From the NCBI GenBank assembly GCA_046538155.1, contig JBKHJL010000002.1, positions 1 through 61,195 of the forward strand: a stretch of 61,195 bases of DNA. Direction: 5' to 3'. Positions 36,171 to 44,995 of the stretch are shown in pieces. The notes below the pieces were generated by a model. It was given only the letters and a program-made list of their open reading frames with translations, was not told the origin of the DNA and made no database searches. How positions within the stretch are numbered: the first letter of the stretch is position 1; every line of letters begins with the position of its first letter. A program made the translations under genes and the position numbers. This DNA comes from Candidatus Micrarchaeia archaeon. Its GTDB lineage: Archaea > Micrarchaeota > Micrarchaeia > Anstonellales > Bilamarchaeaceae.

Positions 36171-36581
36171 ATGCATGCCCAAAAGTTCAGGAATTACCTC
36201 AGGGACCGCTTTGGAATTATTCTTCCAGGAGGTGTGGAGCTTGTGGGAGAAAAGTCCCTCCGTGCGATGAACTCAGAACTCAAAAATTTCAGGGTTTCCA
36301 CTCCAAAGGGAATTCCCGCATCCCGCATGAAGGGAAAGTTTCCCAAGCCGACTACCAGCTTTATCCAGATTTTCGGAAATCTCGCAAAAAAGAATATTGT
36401 GGAGGTTTCCAGGGAAGAGGCCCTGAAGTTCATGGCAGGCAGGGACTTGGAAAAAAATCCTTCCTGTGAAAGGGGATATGTAATACTTACCCACAGGAAA
36501 GCAGTTCTCGGAATCGGCTTTTTCAGGGAAGGGAAAATAGAGAACATGATTCCAAAAGGAAGGAGAATCACTCCAGGATGA
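36171..36581 (+). CDS. PUA-like RNA-binding protein (Nip7/UPF0113-like)
   Basis: The C-terminal half EEALKFMAGRDLEKN...GYVILTHRKAVLGIGFFREGKIENMIPKGRRI resembles PUA-domain proteins. It is located next to an RNA methyltransferase and LeuRS. Confidence 0.45.
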   Translation: MHAQKFRNYLRDRFGIILPGGVELVGEKSLRAMNSELKNFRVSTPKGIPASRMKGKFPKPTTSFIQIFGNLAKKNIVEVSREEALKFMAGRDLEKNPSCERGYVILTHRKAVLGIGFFREGKIENMIPKGRRITPG

Positions 36582-39294
36582 TTGCAGGCTTTCCCGGAGC
36601 AGCCGCAGCCGCCTTTTCATGCTCCGCCCCCTCTTCTTTTCCAACAACTACTTCAGCACCGGTTTCCCTGGAAAGGAAATCTTTTGCATCTTCCAGTGCC
36701 CCCAGTTCTTCCTCTTCCCCGAGCACAGCCGGAAGCGAATGCACCTTCTTAAGAAGGGATTTTGCAAATTTTGAAGCTGCCCCCATATCCTCCACTCTGT
36801 TTGCCTTTGCCCATTCAATCCCTGCCCGCATATTCTTATTTTCCCGGACTTCCCTGTATATCCCCCTTTTCCAGGGGGCCGCAGCGTAAATATAAATTTT
36901 TGAAGTTTTTTTCCCAAACCTCTGTTCTATGTTTTCCACATCCCGCAGCACTTCCGCGATTAACTCTTCTCCCATCTCAACTGCATCATCTATCGCGTCA
37001 TATTCCGGCTCAGGGTATTTCTGCTCAACAGCCAGCCCTTCTTTTCCGTATCCTGACCAGAGCTCTTCTGCAAGGTGGGGCATGAACGGGGAGAAAGCGA
37101 TGCACCATTTTTCCAGGAATTCCCCGAGCGCCGGAGTTCCGGAGCGTTTCAGGTACCATTGTAATTCCTGGACGGTTTCATAGAAAAGCATCTGCCCCAG
37201 CTCCCTTATCTGCATTCCTGAATAAAGAATCTGCGCATCCCTGAGTTTCCTGTTGAGGCGGGAGCGCAGCCATTTTCCTGCCCGCGATTCATCCGTGCCC
37301 TTCCCATATTCAAGAAGGGAGAGCATGTATTCGGCCCTTTCCTTAACCCCCTCAGCAATGCTTGTTTCAAAGTTGGTGTCCTGGGGGAGGTCTGCCCCTC
37401 CCACCACAGAGAATCTTATCACATCTGCCCCGTATTTCTTTATCGCTTCCCTTAGGGGGAGGATGTTCCCAAGCGATTTGCTCATTTTCTTTCCTTCCAT
37501 GAGCACAAACCCGTTTACGATTATGCTCTCGGGCCACTGGGCTTTTGGAAATACTGCAGCATGGTTGAATATAAAGAAGGGAAGATGGTTTCTTACAAGG
37601 TCTGCCCCGGAATGCCTTGCATCAAGAGGATACCAGTAGAGGAATATCTTCCTCAGCTTCTCTGCTTGCGGGTGCACCTCTTTATCCCCATTCCCCAGGA
37701 ATACATAATCAAAAAATTCTTCAGTAAGCTCTTCCGGCTCTATTCCTGAAAGCTCATGGGCAATGGTGTAAAATGCCATGTAGATTGTGGAATCCGAAAG
37801 CGGCTCCACAATCTTGCCCTCGTTAAAGGGGAAAGGCGTGCCCAGCCCGGAAGATCTTGTGCATGCTTTTCTCTTCAGCCAGTCTATTGTATGCAGGTAA
37901 TCCTTCCTGGTCTTTTCAGGTATAAGCGACATTTCTGCCAGGCACTCTTTTGCCTTTGTTTTCCATTCTTCGTCCCCGTAGTTGATGAACCACTGGTTTT
38001 CCACCTTTTTTACCGATATCCTTTCCCCGCATCTGCAGAATACCGGCCCATTTGCAATCACGTAAATTGTGAACGCCTGTTTTTCCGAGATGAGTTTATC
38101 TGCAACCTTTTCTTTTGCCTCAAGCACAGGCACCCCTTCAAATTCCCCGATGCTCATCCTTCCTTTATGCGCTTCTTTCTTGTAAAGCTCCTTTGTTGCA
38201 ACCTCTGCTTTCACATCCCCCTGGCTTCCAACACCCAGTTTTTCAACAATTCCTTTTGCAGGAATCTCCACAGCTCCTGGAAAAGAGAGAACAGGGATAG
38301 GGGGAATCTCCTCCAGCTTCCCCAGGTCCCGGAGCGCAAGGTAATCATATGGCGCATGTGCAGGAACGCTCATTACAATCCCTGCCCCTGTAAAGGAGTC
38401 AACAAAGGACGCAGGAAGCACCGGAACTTCTCTTTTCAGGGGGGTGATTGCTTTTTTCCCCACGAATGCACTTCCCTCCATCTCCTCCAGCACCTCTCCC
38501 TCCATCTGGAGGGAAAGCGCTTTCCAGGCCCCTTTCCCGAAATAAAGCACGCCTTCTTTTGTCTTTACTTTGACTATTTTTGATTTGGGATTTATCCAGA
38601 GGTTGGTTACTCCATACACTGTTTCCGGCCGGTAGGTGCTCACAACAAGGAACTCACCTTTCCCGAGCCCGAACTTGACCGCAGTAACTTCTTCAATTTC
38701 CGGGTCCACATCTCCTCTGGTATCATGCGAGCTCACCACGTTTTTGCAGGAGGGGCACCAGGCAAGCCTGTGGCTTCCCTGTGTGATGTATCCCAGCTCA
38801 TGCAGCTTTTTCATCTGCCACTGGATGAATTTGCCGAAATGCCTGTCAAATGTGTAGAATTTTCTCCTCCAGTCTATTGAATATCCCATTTCTCTCATTC
38901 CCTCTTCAATCTCACCTGAAAAATACATCACAAGCTTTTCCGGGTCGCCCAGCCCGGCCAGCTTTTCTTCTGGAATCCCATAGATGTCCCGGAATATCCC
39001 CAGTAGCTCTTCATCCCCCTCTCTTATTTTTTTTGCCATGGCCAGGATAGGAGTGCCAGTTACATGGAATGCCATAGGCAGGAGCACATTTTTCCCCTTT
39101 AGCCTTGCATATCGTGCGTGGATATCCAGAATAGTGTATGTTCTTCCGTGGCCTATATGCTGGGGGGAGTTAGGGTAGGGGAAGGCAGCAGTGTAGAATT
39201 GCTTTTCCCCACCTTCATCCCTAGGACTATACGCTCCCTTTTTTTCCCACATTTCCTGCCACTTTTTTTCCATATCCCTAAATTCCATAAGCAT
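36568..39294 (-). CDS. leuS: leucyl-tRNA synthetase, archaeal type
   Basis: HIGH motif PYPNSPQHIGHGRTY, KMSKS motif KKMSKSLGN, a CP1 editing insertion and an archaeal-type C-terminal extension. Confidence 0.95.
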   Translation of the reverse strand: MLMEFRDMEKKWQEMWEKKGAYSPRDEGGEKQFYTAAFPYPNSPQHIGHGRTYTILDIHARYARLKGKNVLLPMAFHVTGTPILAMAKKIREGDEELLGIFRDIYGIPEEKLAGLGDPEKLVMYFSGEIEEGMREMGYSIDWRRKFYTFDRHFGKFIQWQMKKLHELGYITQGSHRLAWCPSCKNVVSSHDTRGDVDPEIEEVTAVKFGLGKGEFLVVSTYRPETVYGVTNLWINPKSKIVKVKTKEGVLYFGKGAWKALSLQMEGEVLEEMEGSAFVGKKAITPLKREVPVLPASFVDSFTGAGIVMSVPAHAPYDYLALRDLGKLEEIPPIPVLSFPGAVEIPAKGIVEKLGVGSQGDVKAEVATKELYKKEAHKGRMSIGEFEGVPVLEAKEKVADKLISEKQAFTIYVIANGPVFCRCGERISVKKVENQWFINYGDEEWKTKAKECLAEMSLIPEKTRKDYLHTIDWLKRKACTRSSGLGTPFPFNEGKIVEPLSDSTIYMAFYTIAHELSGIEPEELTEEFFDYVFLGNGDKEVHPQAEKLRKIFLYWYPLDARHSGADLVRNHLPFFIFNHAAVFPKAQWPESIIVNGFVLMEGKKMSKSLGNILPLREAIKKYGADVIRFSVVGGADLPQDTNFETSIAEGVKERAEYMLSLLEYGKGTDESRAGKWLRSRLNRKLRDAQILYSGMQIRELGQMLFYETVQELQWYLKRSGTPALGEFLEKWCIAFSPFMPHLAEELWSGYGKEGLAVEQKYPEPEYDAIDDAVEMGEELIAEVLRDVENIEQRFGKKTSKIYIYAAAPWKRGIYREVRENKNMRAGIEWAKANRVEDMGAASKFAKSLLKKVHSLPAVLGEEEELGALEDAKDFLSRETGAEVVVGKEEGAEHEKAAAAAPGKPAIILE

Positions 39295-39329
39295 TGCCTC
39301 TGATTAAGAGTAAAGTTTATGTAAATACA

Positions 39330-39338
39330 TTTATATTT
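39330..39338 (+). promoter_or_regulatory. TATA box (tttatattt) for the six-gene membrane-protein operon; predicts a leaderless mRNA starting near ATG 39361
   Basis: The box is centred about 27 nt upstream of ATG 39361 in the divergent leuS intergenic region. Confidence 0.45.
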
Positions 39339-39360
39339 GTTAGTCGCCAGAAGTATTCCC

Positions 39361-40584
39361 ATGAGCGGGCCACCAGTACTCATGCAAGTTTTACCCCTGC
39401 TCCAGGCCGGTGAGGTTTCATGGCTGGGCCAGGAGGTTTCCCAGAATCCCATGGTCACCAGCCTTCTTCCCATTGCCCTTATTACTGCAGCATTTATTGT
39501 AACCCTATACTACCTTATCGGAAAGGCCCTGAGCTCTCCCCAAGTGAATGCATTTGCCACGGAGGAGTTCTCCCAGCTCCTGATTTCTGTTTTTATTGCG
39601 GTTGCCTGGTTTGCGGTTTATGGTGCGCTTGCAGGGGCAACGTCCCTGGCAATATGCTATCCTGAGTATTGTGACCATTTTGATATTGCATTCTATTCGC
39701 TGGACATGCTTTTTTACAAGCTTCTTTCCACATACATCGGGTACACCACAATAGAAATTTTCGTGGGCCTTGTTTCAAGCCTGGGTTTCAGCGTTCCTCT
39801 GAAGGCTCCGGTGCTTGCAGTAAAGTTCCTTAGCTTTTCTCCTTATTCGGGAATGGGAATGCTGAGCAATTCAATAGTCGGGATACTGGAGAGCCTGGGG
39901 ATGTTCATAGGGCTTGTTGTGGGGAGGCGGCAGCTCCTTACCTTTTTCTATGAGATAACCCCCATGTTCCTCCTTCCGTTCGGGCTTTTCCTGCGCGCCT
40001 TCCCCTTCACCAGGAAAACAGGCTCCAGCATAATAGCAATAGCGTTTGCAGGGTTTTTCATCTTCCCTGCCTCAATAATACTTTCCCACTACATGATGTT
40101 CGGGACAAGCGGCCACCTTGCTTATATCCCCATGGCACCAACCCCCACCGGGCTCTGCACCGCTCCGGAAAACCCGGAGGATGAGGCAGCCGCCCTTGCA
40201 TATCTCAACCAGTCAAACACGGAAGTGAGGGAGCATCTGGCTGAAGACCTCAGCGTTTCCGCTTCATATGAAGGCAACTGGTACCAGTTTTCCGGGCTGG
40301 CTAATTCAATATATTCCTGGATTGCCGAGGCCTTTGGTGAGTCTTGGGGGGTTGTTTCAGAGAAATTTTCGTTTTATTCCCTTTTTGACCTGCTCAAGCC
40401 CACCACATTTGCTTATTTCTTTTATTTCCTGATACTGGAGCACCTTCAGGCATTTGCCCAGGTCGCAGTAATGACGATAGTGACTTTCGTGCTTGAGATA
40501 ATAATTACGGTTACCGGATACCGCGCAATATCAGCGGCGCTTGGCGGAGAGCTGGAAATCCTCGGCCTCACAAAGGTGGTATGA
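39361..40584 (+). CDS. paralog P1, polytopic membrane protein of unknown family
   Basis: The track ORF begins at TTG 39337, inside the TATA box, so I prefer ATG 39361. Motifs: SSPQVNAFATEEF, LLPFGLFLRAFPFTRKTGSS (nt 39991-40014 encode LRAFPFTR) and C-terminal LGGELEILGLTKVV. Confidence 0.75.
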   Translation: MSGPPVLMQVLPLLQAGEVSWLGQEVSQNPMVTSLLPIALITAAFIVTLYYLIGKALSSPQVNAFATEEFSQLLISVFIAVAWFAVYGALAGATSLAICYPEYCDHFDIAFYSLDMLFYKLLSTYIGYTTIEIFVGLVSSLGFSVPLKAPVLAVKFLSFSPYSGMGMLSNSIVGILESLGMFIGLVVGRRQLLTFFYEITPMFLLPFGLFLRAFPFTRKTGSSIIAIAFAGFFIFPASIILSHYMMFGTSGHLAYIPMAPTPTGLCTAPENPEDEAAALAYLNQSNTEVREHLAEDLSVSASYEGNWYQFSGLANSIYSWIAEAFGESWGVVSEKFSFYSLFDLLKPTTFAYFFYFLILEHLQAFAQVAVMTIVTFVLEIIITVTGYRAISAALGGELEILGLTKVV

Positions 40585-41549
40585 TGTCTCTCCTGGGAAC
40601 ATATCTTCCGATAGTCGGAATAACCGTGCTCGCAGTTGTTGCATACATCTCAATAGTGACCATCGCCGCATTTGCTCTGAGGCGACCCCAGCTTGCCGCT
40701 TACGCAAGAATAGAATCTTATCAGCTGTTCCTCTCATTCCTCATACTTGTTGCCGCATTTGCGGCCATGGAGTTCTCCACCGCAGTCTCCACTGCAATTT
40801 CAGGGGCACCTCCCGGTGAAACGGCAATAGATATCGCAGTGGGTTTTCTGGAAAAGGTAATCCATGAAGGAATCCTGCCCATCTACCTCAAGCTTGTGCG
40901 GATGGAAGTGTTTCTTACTTATTTCAATGCGGTTGAGTACAGGATGGGCCCGGGGGTATGGAACTGGATTACAAAAGCGGTTCCCGGACTTGACCCGATA
41001 CTTTCCCTTGTAAGGATGCTTGTTTTCACCTTCACTGCCCTCTACGGAACAATGAGCGTCCAGATAATAATTTTCCACCTGATTGATGCGGTGATGTATT
41101 TCTACGTACTGCCCGCAGGAGTGATATTGCGGTTTTTCCCGCCCACGCGGGATGCAGGAGTGTACCTGATAGTGTTAGCCATAGCATTCCAGGCCTTTTT
41201 TCCTATGTTTTATGCAATAAATTATGCTGCCTTGGGTGACATGTGGGAGATGCACGGATGGGCGGACCCGGACAGCACCGGCATTTATGACAGTTATACC
41301 CCGGATATTGAAGACACAAACTACTTCGAAAGCGTTAATTCAGCACTTGGCACTGTGACCGGAATAGCAGATACATATTTCAACTGGGCCCTCCCCATTT
41401 TCCAGCCCTTCACCTTCACAGTACTGGTCCCCTTCCTGGACAGGGTTGCCCAGATTTCCCTGGTCGGGCTGTTTCTCCCGGCCCTTTCAATGAGCATCAC
41501 AATAGCCTTAATTAATGCGGTGACCAAGTTCATCACCGGGAAGGGATAG
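40581..41549 (+). CDS. paralog P2, polytopic membrane protein of unknown family
   Basis: RRPQLAAYARIESY and VLPAGVILRFFPPTRDAGVY (nt 41127-41150). The C-terminus is diverged (INAVTKFITGKG). Confidence 0.75.
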   Translation: MMSLLGTYLPIVGITVLAVVAYISIVTIAAFALRRPQLAAYARIESYQLFLSFLILVAAFAAMEFSTAVSTAISGAPPGETAIDIAVGFLEKVIHEGILPIYLKLVRMEVFLTYFNAVEYRMGPGVWNWITKAVPGLDPILSLVRMLVFTFTALYGTMSVQIIIFHLIDAVMYFYVLPAGVILRFFPPTRDAGVYLIVLAIAFQAFFPMFYAINYAALGDMWEMHGWADPDSTGIYDSYTPDIEDTNYFESVNSALGTVTGIADTYFNWALPIFQPFTFTVLVPFLDRVAQISLVGLFLPALSMSITIALINAVTKFITGKG

Positions 41550-41550
41550 A

Positions 41551-42813
41551 ATGGTTCTGGAATTATGGACACACTGGGGCGGGCTTGCCGGTGTCGGGAT
41601 AATGCTGGCAGTTGCATTCGCAGTGCTTGTTTATCTTCTCGGAAGTTTCCTGAACAACGACAGGATGAGGGCTTTCGGCCGGCTTGAGGTTGTGGAGGCT
41701 TTCTATTCTGCAGTCCTTCTGGTACTTATCTTCTGGATTCTTGCAACCGCAACCGGCACAGCGGAGGCCCTGATAGTGAGCGCCTACCCGGGCGATATAG
41801 GGGCAGCAGTATGCGGCGCCCAGTATGATGCTTATTTCAATGATTATGATGGCGCGTTTCCCTGCCACATGCGCACCGCCCGCTTCTATCTTGACCAGCT
41901 CTATGCAGAGGGCAAGGTCTTCAATTATGAACTCCTTTCAATCCACATGTGGTATTCTTTTATGCAGAACATCGGGGTTTCCGCGGATTTTCATGCACAC
42001 AGCACTGGCTCTGCAAATTACTCCCCACTCGGCTCCATTTTCAGCCTTCCCTCTTCCATTTATTCTTACATGTTTGAGATAGGAATGAAGTCCATGGTAG
42101 TGATACGCTTCCAGCAGTTCCTGCTGAATTTCATAAACTACTCGCTTTTCCCGGTGCTCCTGGTGCTTGGGCTCCTGTTGCGCACATTCCCGTTCAGCCG
42201 TCGTCTTGGGGGGCTGCTCATGGCCATGGCAATTTCCCTCTATTTTATTTACCCGATGTTCTATGTGCTCGGGGGGATAATCTTTGACAATATTGCTATG
42301 AAGAGCGCCTATTATTCGGGAGGCCCAACAGTGGATGAAAACGGAAACATAAAGCGCCCTTCAGTAATTACCTCTCTTGAATTTAACCCAGAGGAGTTTT
42401 ACGATAAGGTGGGGATTACAGATGAAGATAGTGCCCTCCTGCCATCAGGGGACGAGGTTCCGGGCAATAACCAGGAAGATATAACCCTTGATTATATTGA
42501 CCAGCTTTACCCTGAGGAAATGGAGATGTGCCGGAGCTCGGACACAGGGATTGTGGATGGGATTTCTATGATATGGGACTGGGCAAAATTGTTCCTTTAT
42601 GAGATTGATTTTACCGGGCTGATAATCTCAAATGAGGATTATATAGATTCCCTTATTTCCCCTGGTGGGGTAATAGATGCCACAGCCCGTTTTGTGTTTT
42701 TTTCAATGTTTTTTGCCCTGCTTTCAATATTTTCCACAGTCGCCGCAACAAGGAGCCTTTCCCCGCTCCTTGGAGGAGACATAGAGCTCGCCGGGCTTAC
42801 CCACCTGCTATGA
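41551..42813 (+). CDS. paralog P3, polytopic membrane protein of unknown family, with ~125-aa acidic loop
   Basis: NNDRMRAFGRLEVV, LGLLLRTFPFSRRLGGL (nt 42178-42201) and C-terminal LGGDIELAGLTHLL. Confidence 0.75.
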   Translation: MVLELWTHWGGLAGVGIMLAVAFAVLVYLLGSFLNNDRMRAFGRLEVVEAFYSAVLLVLIFWILATATGTAEALIVSAYPGDIGAAVCGAQYDAYFNDYDGAFPCHMRTARFYLDQLYAEGKVFNYELLSIHMWYSFMQNIGVSADFHAHSTGSANYSPLGSIFSLPSSIYSYMFEIGMKSMVVIRFQQFLLNFINYSLFPVLLVLGLLLRTFPFSRRLGGLLMAMAISLYFIYPMFYVLGGIIFDNIAMKSAYYSGGPTVDENGNIKRPSVITSLEFNPEEFYDKVGITDEDSALLPSGDEVPGNNQEDITLDYIDQLYPEEMEMCRSSDTGIVDGISMIWDWAKLFLYEIDFTGLIISNEDYIDSLISPGGVIDATARFVFFSMFFALLSIFSTVAATRSLSPLLGGDIELAGLTHLL

Positions 42814-42823
42814 GGTCACAGAA

Positions 42824-43945
42824 ATGAAGACAAAAGTTTTGTTTCTGGTGCTGCTGGTCCTGTCTGCAGGGTTTGCCCAGTCTGTGGACCCGGAGCTGAA
42901 GGAGGCTGAGCAGGATGTGATGGAAACTGCCAGTGAACTTCTCCAGGAAATAGGGGTAACCAAAGACACATGCGCCCCGGATGAAGGCCCGCTTGACCTT
43001 GCCGGCCCCTCAGCCATAGCCCTGCTGGTTATCGGGGTGGGGCTGGCAATATTCTACATGGCGGCAAGTTTCTTCAATTCCCCGCAGATGCTCGCCATGG
43101 CAAAGCAGGAGGGCTTTGAGTTTATCCATACACTCATTATTATCGTGCTGTTCCTGAGCTTCCTTTCATTTGCCCAGGGCCTTTTGGGCATCCATGGGGT
43201 TGGTCCCTTTGATGTATATTCAAAAGCGATGGAGTACTGTGTAATCATGGTGCAGAAGATAACAGGGGATATGTTCTGGCTGGGATTTTTCAACAATATT
43301 GTTTATCTTGTTTACAGTTCTCCCCTCAGGATAGGCATCCTGCACCAGGCCATCCATTTCAATCTGGGCGGAGTACTCAAGCCCCTGGTGGACGGGATGG
43401 GCACGATGGCTTCCCTGCTTTCCTTTGCCATGGGGGAGTGGATTATCCAGCTGATTCTGCTCTGCGTAATAAAGAAGCACATGCTCACCGTTTTCCTTCC
43501 CCTCGGAATCCTCCTTAAAACCTTTCCCCAGACGAGGGGAGGGGGAAACGCAATAATCGCCATCGCAATAGCCCTTTCCCTAATCTATCCAATGATGATT
43601 GTGGTGAATTACCAGGCATACCAATACCGCTACGGCCAGATGGATGCAGTAAGCGGAATAGGGGAAATCCTGGGCGACTGGACAATTTCCGGCGGAACTC
43701 TTGCCACAGCTGCTGTGAGTCTTTTCCTACTGAAGGGGCTGCTAAAGACGCTCCCGGGGATAGTGCTGCTCAGCTGGCTGGTGACGGTTTTCTTTGACCT
43801 TTATGCGGACGTGATTTACACGGTTTTTGTGCTGAGTATTTTCCTTCCCCTTCTCAATATTTTTGTTACATTTACTTTTGCAAGGGAGATAGCGAAATAC
43901 TTCGGCACAGAGATAAATATTGCAGCTTTTACCAAGCTGATATGA
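42824..43945 (+). CDS. paralog P4, polytopic membrane protein of unknown family, with Sec-type signal peptide
   Basis: The N-terminus MKTKVLFLVLLVLSAGFAQS is signal-peptide-like. Motifs: NSPQMLAMAKQEGF, FLPLGILLKTFPQTRGGGNA (nt 43514-43537) and C-terminal FGTEINIAAFTKLI. Confidence 0.75.
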   Translation: MKTKVLFLVLLVLSAGFAQSVDPELKEAEQDVMETASELLQEIGVTKDTCAPDEGPLDLAGPSAIALLVIGVGLAIFYMAASFFNSPQMLAMAKQEGFEFIHTLIIIVLFLSFLSFAQGLLGIHGVGPFDVYSKAMEYCVIMVQKITGDMFWLGFFNNIVYLVYSSPLRIGILHQAIHFNLGGVLKPLVDGMGTMASLLSFAMGEWIIQLILLCVIKKHMLTVFLPLGILLKTFPQTRGGGNAIIAIAIALSLIYPMMIVVNYQAYQYRYGQMDAVSGIGEILGDWTISGGTLATAAVSLFLLKGLLKTLPGIVLLSWLVTVFFDLYADVIYTVFVLSIFLPLLNIFVTFTFAREIAKYFGTEINIAAFTKLI

Positions 43946-43954
43946 GGTGGAAAA

Positions 43955-44995
43955 ATGCCATATGAGATGCTTGCAACACAGGTCTGCTCCCCCGAGAACA
44001 TGCTGATTCCGGACTGGCAGGCCTTGGCAGTTGTTGCAATGGCAGCCTCCGCAGCCCTCCTTGGCCTTCTTTATGCAATAAATCGGTTTTTTGGAAACGA
44101 AGCCGGAGAGGCCGCAGTCAAGATTGAGCTTTTTGAGCTTTTCACAACCGTGTTCATAGTTGTGGTGGTATTTGCCCTGCTTAACTCCGTATGCGGGTAT
44201 GATGCAAGCAGCCTGGTAATTGCACCAAGCGGTTTTGAGCAGGGCATCAATATTTTTGACGGGGCAGCCCAGGTTCTTGATGAATTTTCAACAAAGCTGG
44301 TGATAATCGCCTCCCTGCTCCACACCATTTACATCCCGCTGGATTTCACCACTTCTACCACCCTCAGCCAGCACCCCCTGGGCATGGGAACCGCTTTCCA
44401 GCCCACAGGCGGATTTGGAGCTATCATGAAGCCACCCCTTGTGCAGTCTTTCCAGATGGTTGCTGTAGCATTCATAATTATACGCGCCCAGCTTCTTGTG
44501 CTGGATTTTGTTACCTTTGCTTTCCTCAAATACTACCTCCCGATAGGGATAATTCTGCGTTCCTTCACTCCCACCCGCAGGATAGGCGGAACAATCATAG
44601 GACTCACCTTAGGCATGGTAATTGTGTATCCCCTTCTGATAATACTCAACGGGTTCATGCTTGACGGACTTGACATACTGGATACATCCAATCTTCCCCA
44701 GTATTTTGGGGCGCTGCTTTCTGCAGCTTTTGAGCCGCTCAGGAATTCAACGGATGCCCTTTCTCTGTATGAGCCCCTGAGCATTCTGCGATTCGGAAAG
44801 CTGGTGGTAACAGGCTTTTTCGGGGGGATTGTTTCTATTTACTATGGGCTGCTAATGCGCACCGCAGCAGTGGCTTTCCTTGTGGGGCTTTTTTTCCCTG
44901 CATTCAATACACTTTTACTTGTTACCACGATAAGATACCTTACGAAGACACTTGGTGAAGAGATTGATATTACCAATCTTACGAGGCTGATATGA
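43955..44995 (+). CDS. paralog P5, polytopic membrane protein of unknown family
   Basis: A GAGGTGG Shine-Dalgarno lies upstream. Motifs: GNEAGEAAVKIELF, YLPIGIILRSFTPTRRIGGT (nt 44555-44578) and C-terminal LGEEIDITNLTRLI. Confidence 0.75.
   Translation: MPYEMLATQVCSPENMLIPDWQALAVVAMAASAALLGLLYAINRFFGNEAGEAAVKIELFELFTTVFIVVVVFALLNSVCGYDASSLVIAPSGFEQGINIFDGAAQVLDEFSTKLVIIASLLHTIYIPLDFTTSTTLSQHPLGMGTAFQPTGGFGAIMKPPLVQSFQMVAVAFIIIRAQLLVLDFVTFAFLKYYLPIGIILRSFTPTRRIGGTIIGLTLGMVIVYPLLIILNGFMLDGLDILDTSNLPQYFGALLSAAFEPLRNSTDALSLYEPLSILRFGKLVVTGFFGGIVSIYYGLLMRTAAVAFLVGLFFPAFNTLLLVTTIRYLTKTLGEEIDITNLTRLI

Noticed and set aside
39337-39360. TTG start of paralog P1 in the ORF track
   Set aside because: The TTG lies within the TATA-like box tttatattt. 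ATG 39361 lies at the distance expected for a leaderless transcript.
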